Shown: positions 63,601 to 64,000 of the stretch, piece by piece
How positions within the stretch are numbered: position 1 is the first letter of the stretch
How the letters are laid out: every line of letters begins with the position of its first letter
Assembly: GCF_009914755.1 (NCBI RefSeq)
Contig: NC_060929.1
Strand: one strand, 5' to 3'
Length of the DNA: 64,000 nt
Source of the DNA: the human T2T-CHM13v2.0 reference genome, Homo sapiens
Made by a program: the position numbers and the translations under genes
The notes under the pieces: model-generated
What the model saw: the letters and a program-made list of their open reading frames with translations, nothing else
Databases searched by the model: none
What the model was told of the DNA's origin: nothing

Positions 63601-64000
63601 ATTTTTTTAACTTTCATTTTAAATTCTGGGATACAAGTGCAGGTTTGTTACATAGGTAAACTTGTGTCATGGGGGTTTGTTGTACAGATTATGTCATCAC
63701 CCAGGTATTAAGCCTAGTATTCATTAGTGCTTTTTGCTGATCCTCTCCCTCCTTTCACCCTCCACTCTCCGAAAGGCTGCAATGTGTTCCCCTCTTTGTG
63801 TCCATGTGTTATCATTTAGCTCCCACTTCTAAATAAGACCACGTGATATTTGGTTTTCTGTTCCTGTGTTAGCTTGCTAAGGATAATGGCCTCCAGCTCT
63901 AGCCATGTCCCTGCAAAAGACATGATCTTGTTCTTTTTTATGGCTGCATAGTATTCAATGGTGTATATGTACCACATATTCTTTATCCAGTCTCTCATTG
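63601..64000 (-). mobile_element. L1PA (PA13-16-like) 3' end, continuing past the window
   Basis: Characteristic antisense 3' UTR (GTGCAGGTTTGTTACATAGGTAAAC...) and the ORF2 C-terminus WIKNMWYIYTIEYYAAIKKN. Confidence 0.9.

Overview
Human genomic DNA (it carries an AluYa5 with all five diagnostic bases). It contains the 5' half of ACSL6 (long-chain acyl-CoA synthetase 6, 5q31) on the minus strand, followed by about 26 kb of repeat-rich upstream DNA, which from my recollection of the locus runs toward IL3/CSF2. I reconstructed the exon chain by hand from GT-AG sites and reading-frame phase: alternative first coding exons in a CpG island (about 37.0-38.0 kb), exons 2-10, and the two mutually exclusive 78-nt 'gate' exons (F and Y). 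The gene continues beyond position 1. There is no prokaryotic content or CRISPR array, and almost all of the supplied ORFs are noise. The best leads are (1) a collinear, degenerate third copy of the gate exon at 19-63 that still has intact splice sites and keeps the reading frame, (2) the splicing architecture that would enforce gate-exon exclusivity, (3) a 47-nt cassette exon whose frame depends on a (CA)n length, (4) a strong REST/RE1 site upstream of the promoter, and (5) two Alus inserted one after the other into the same target site. Repeat subfamily names and boundaries were assigned by eye and are approximate.
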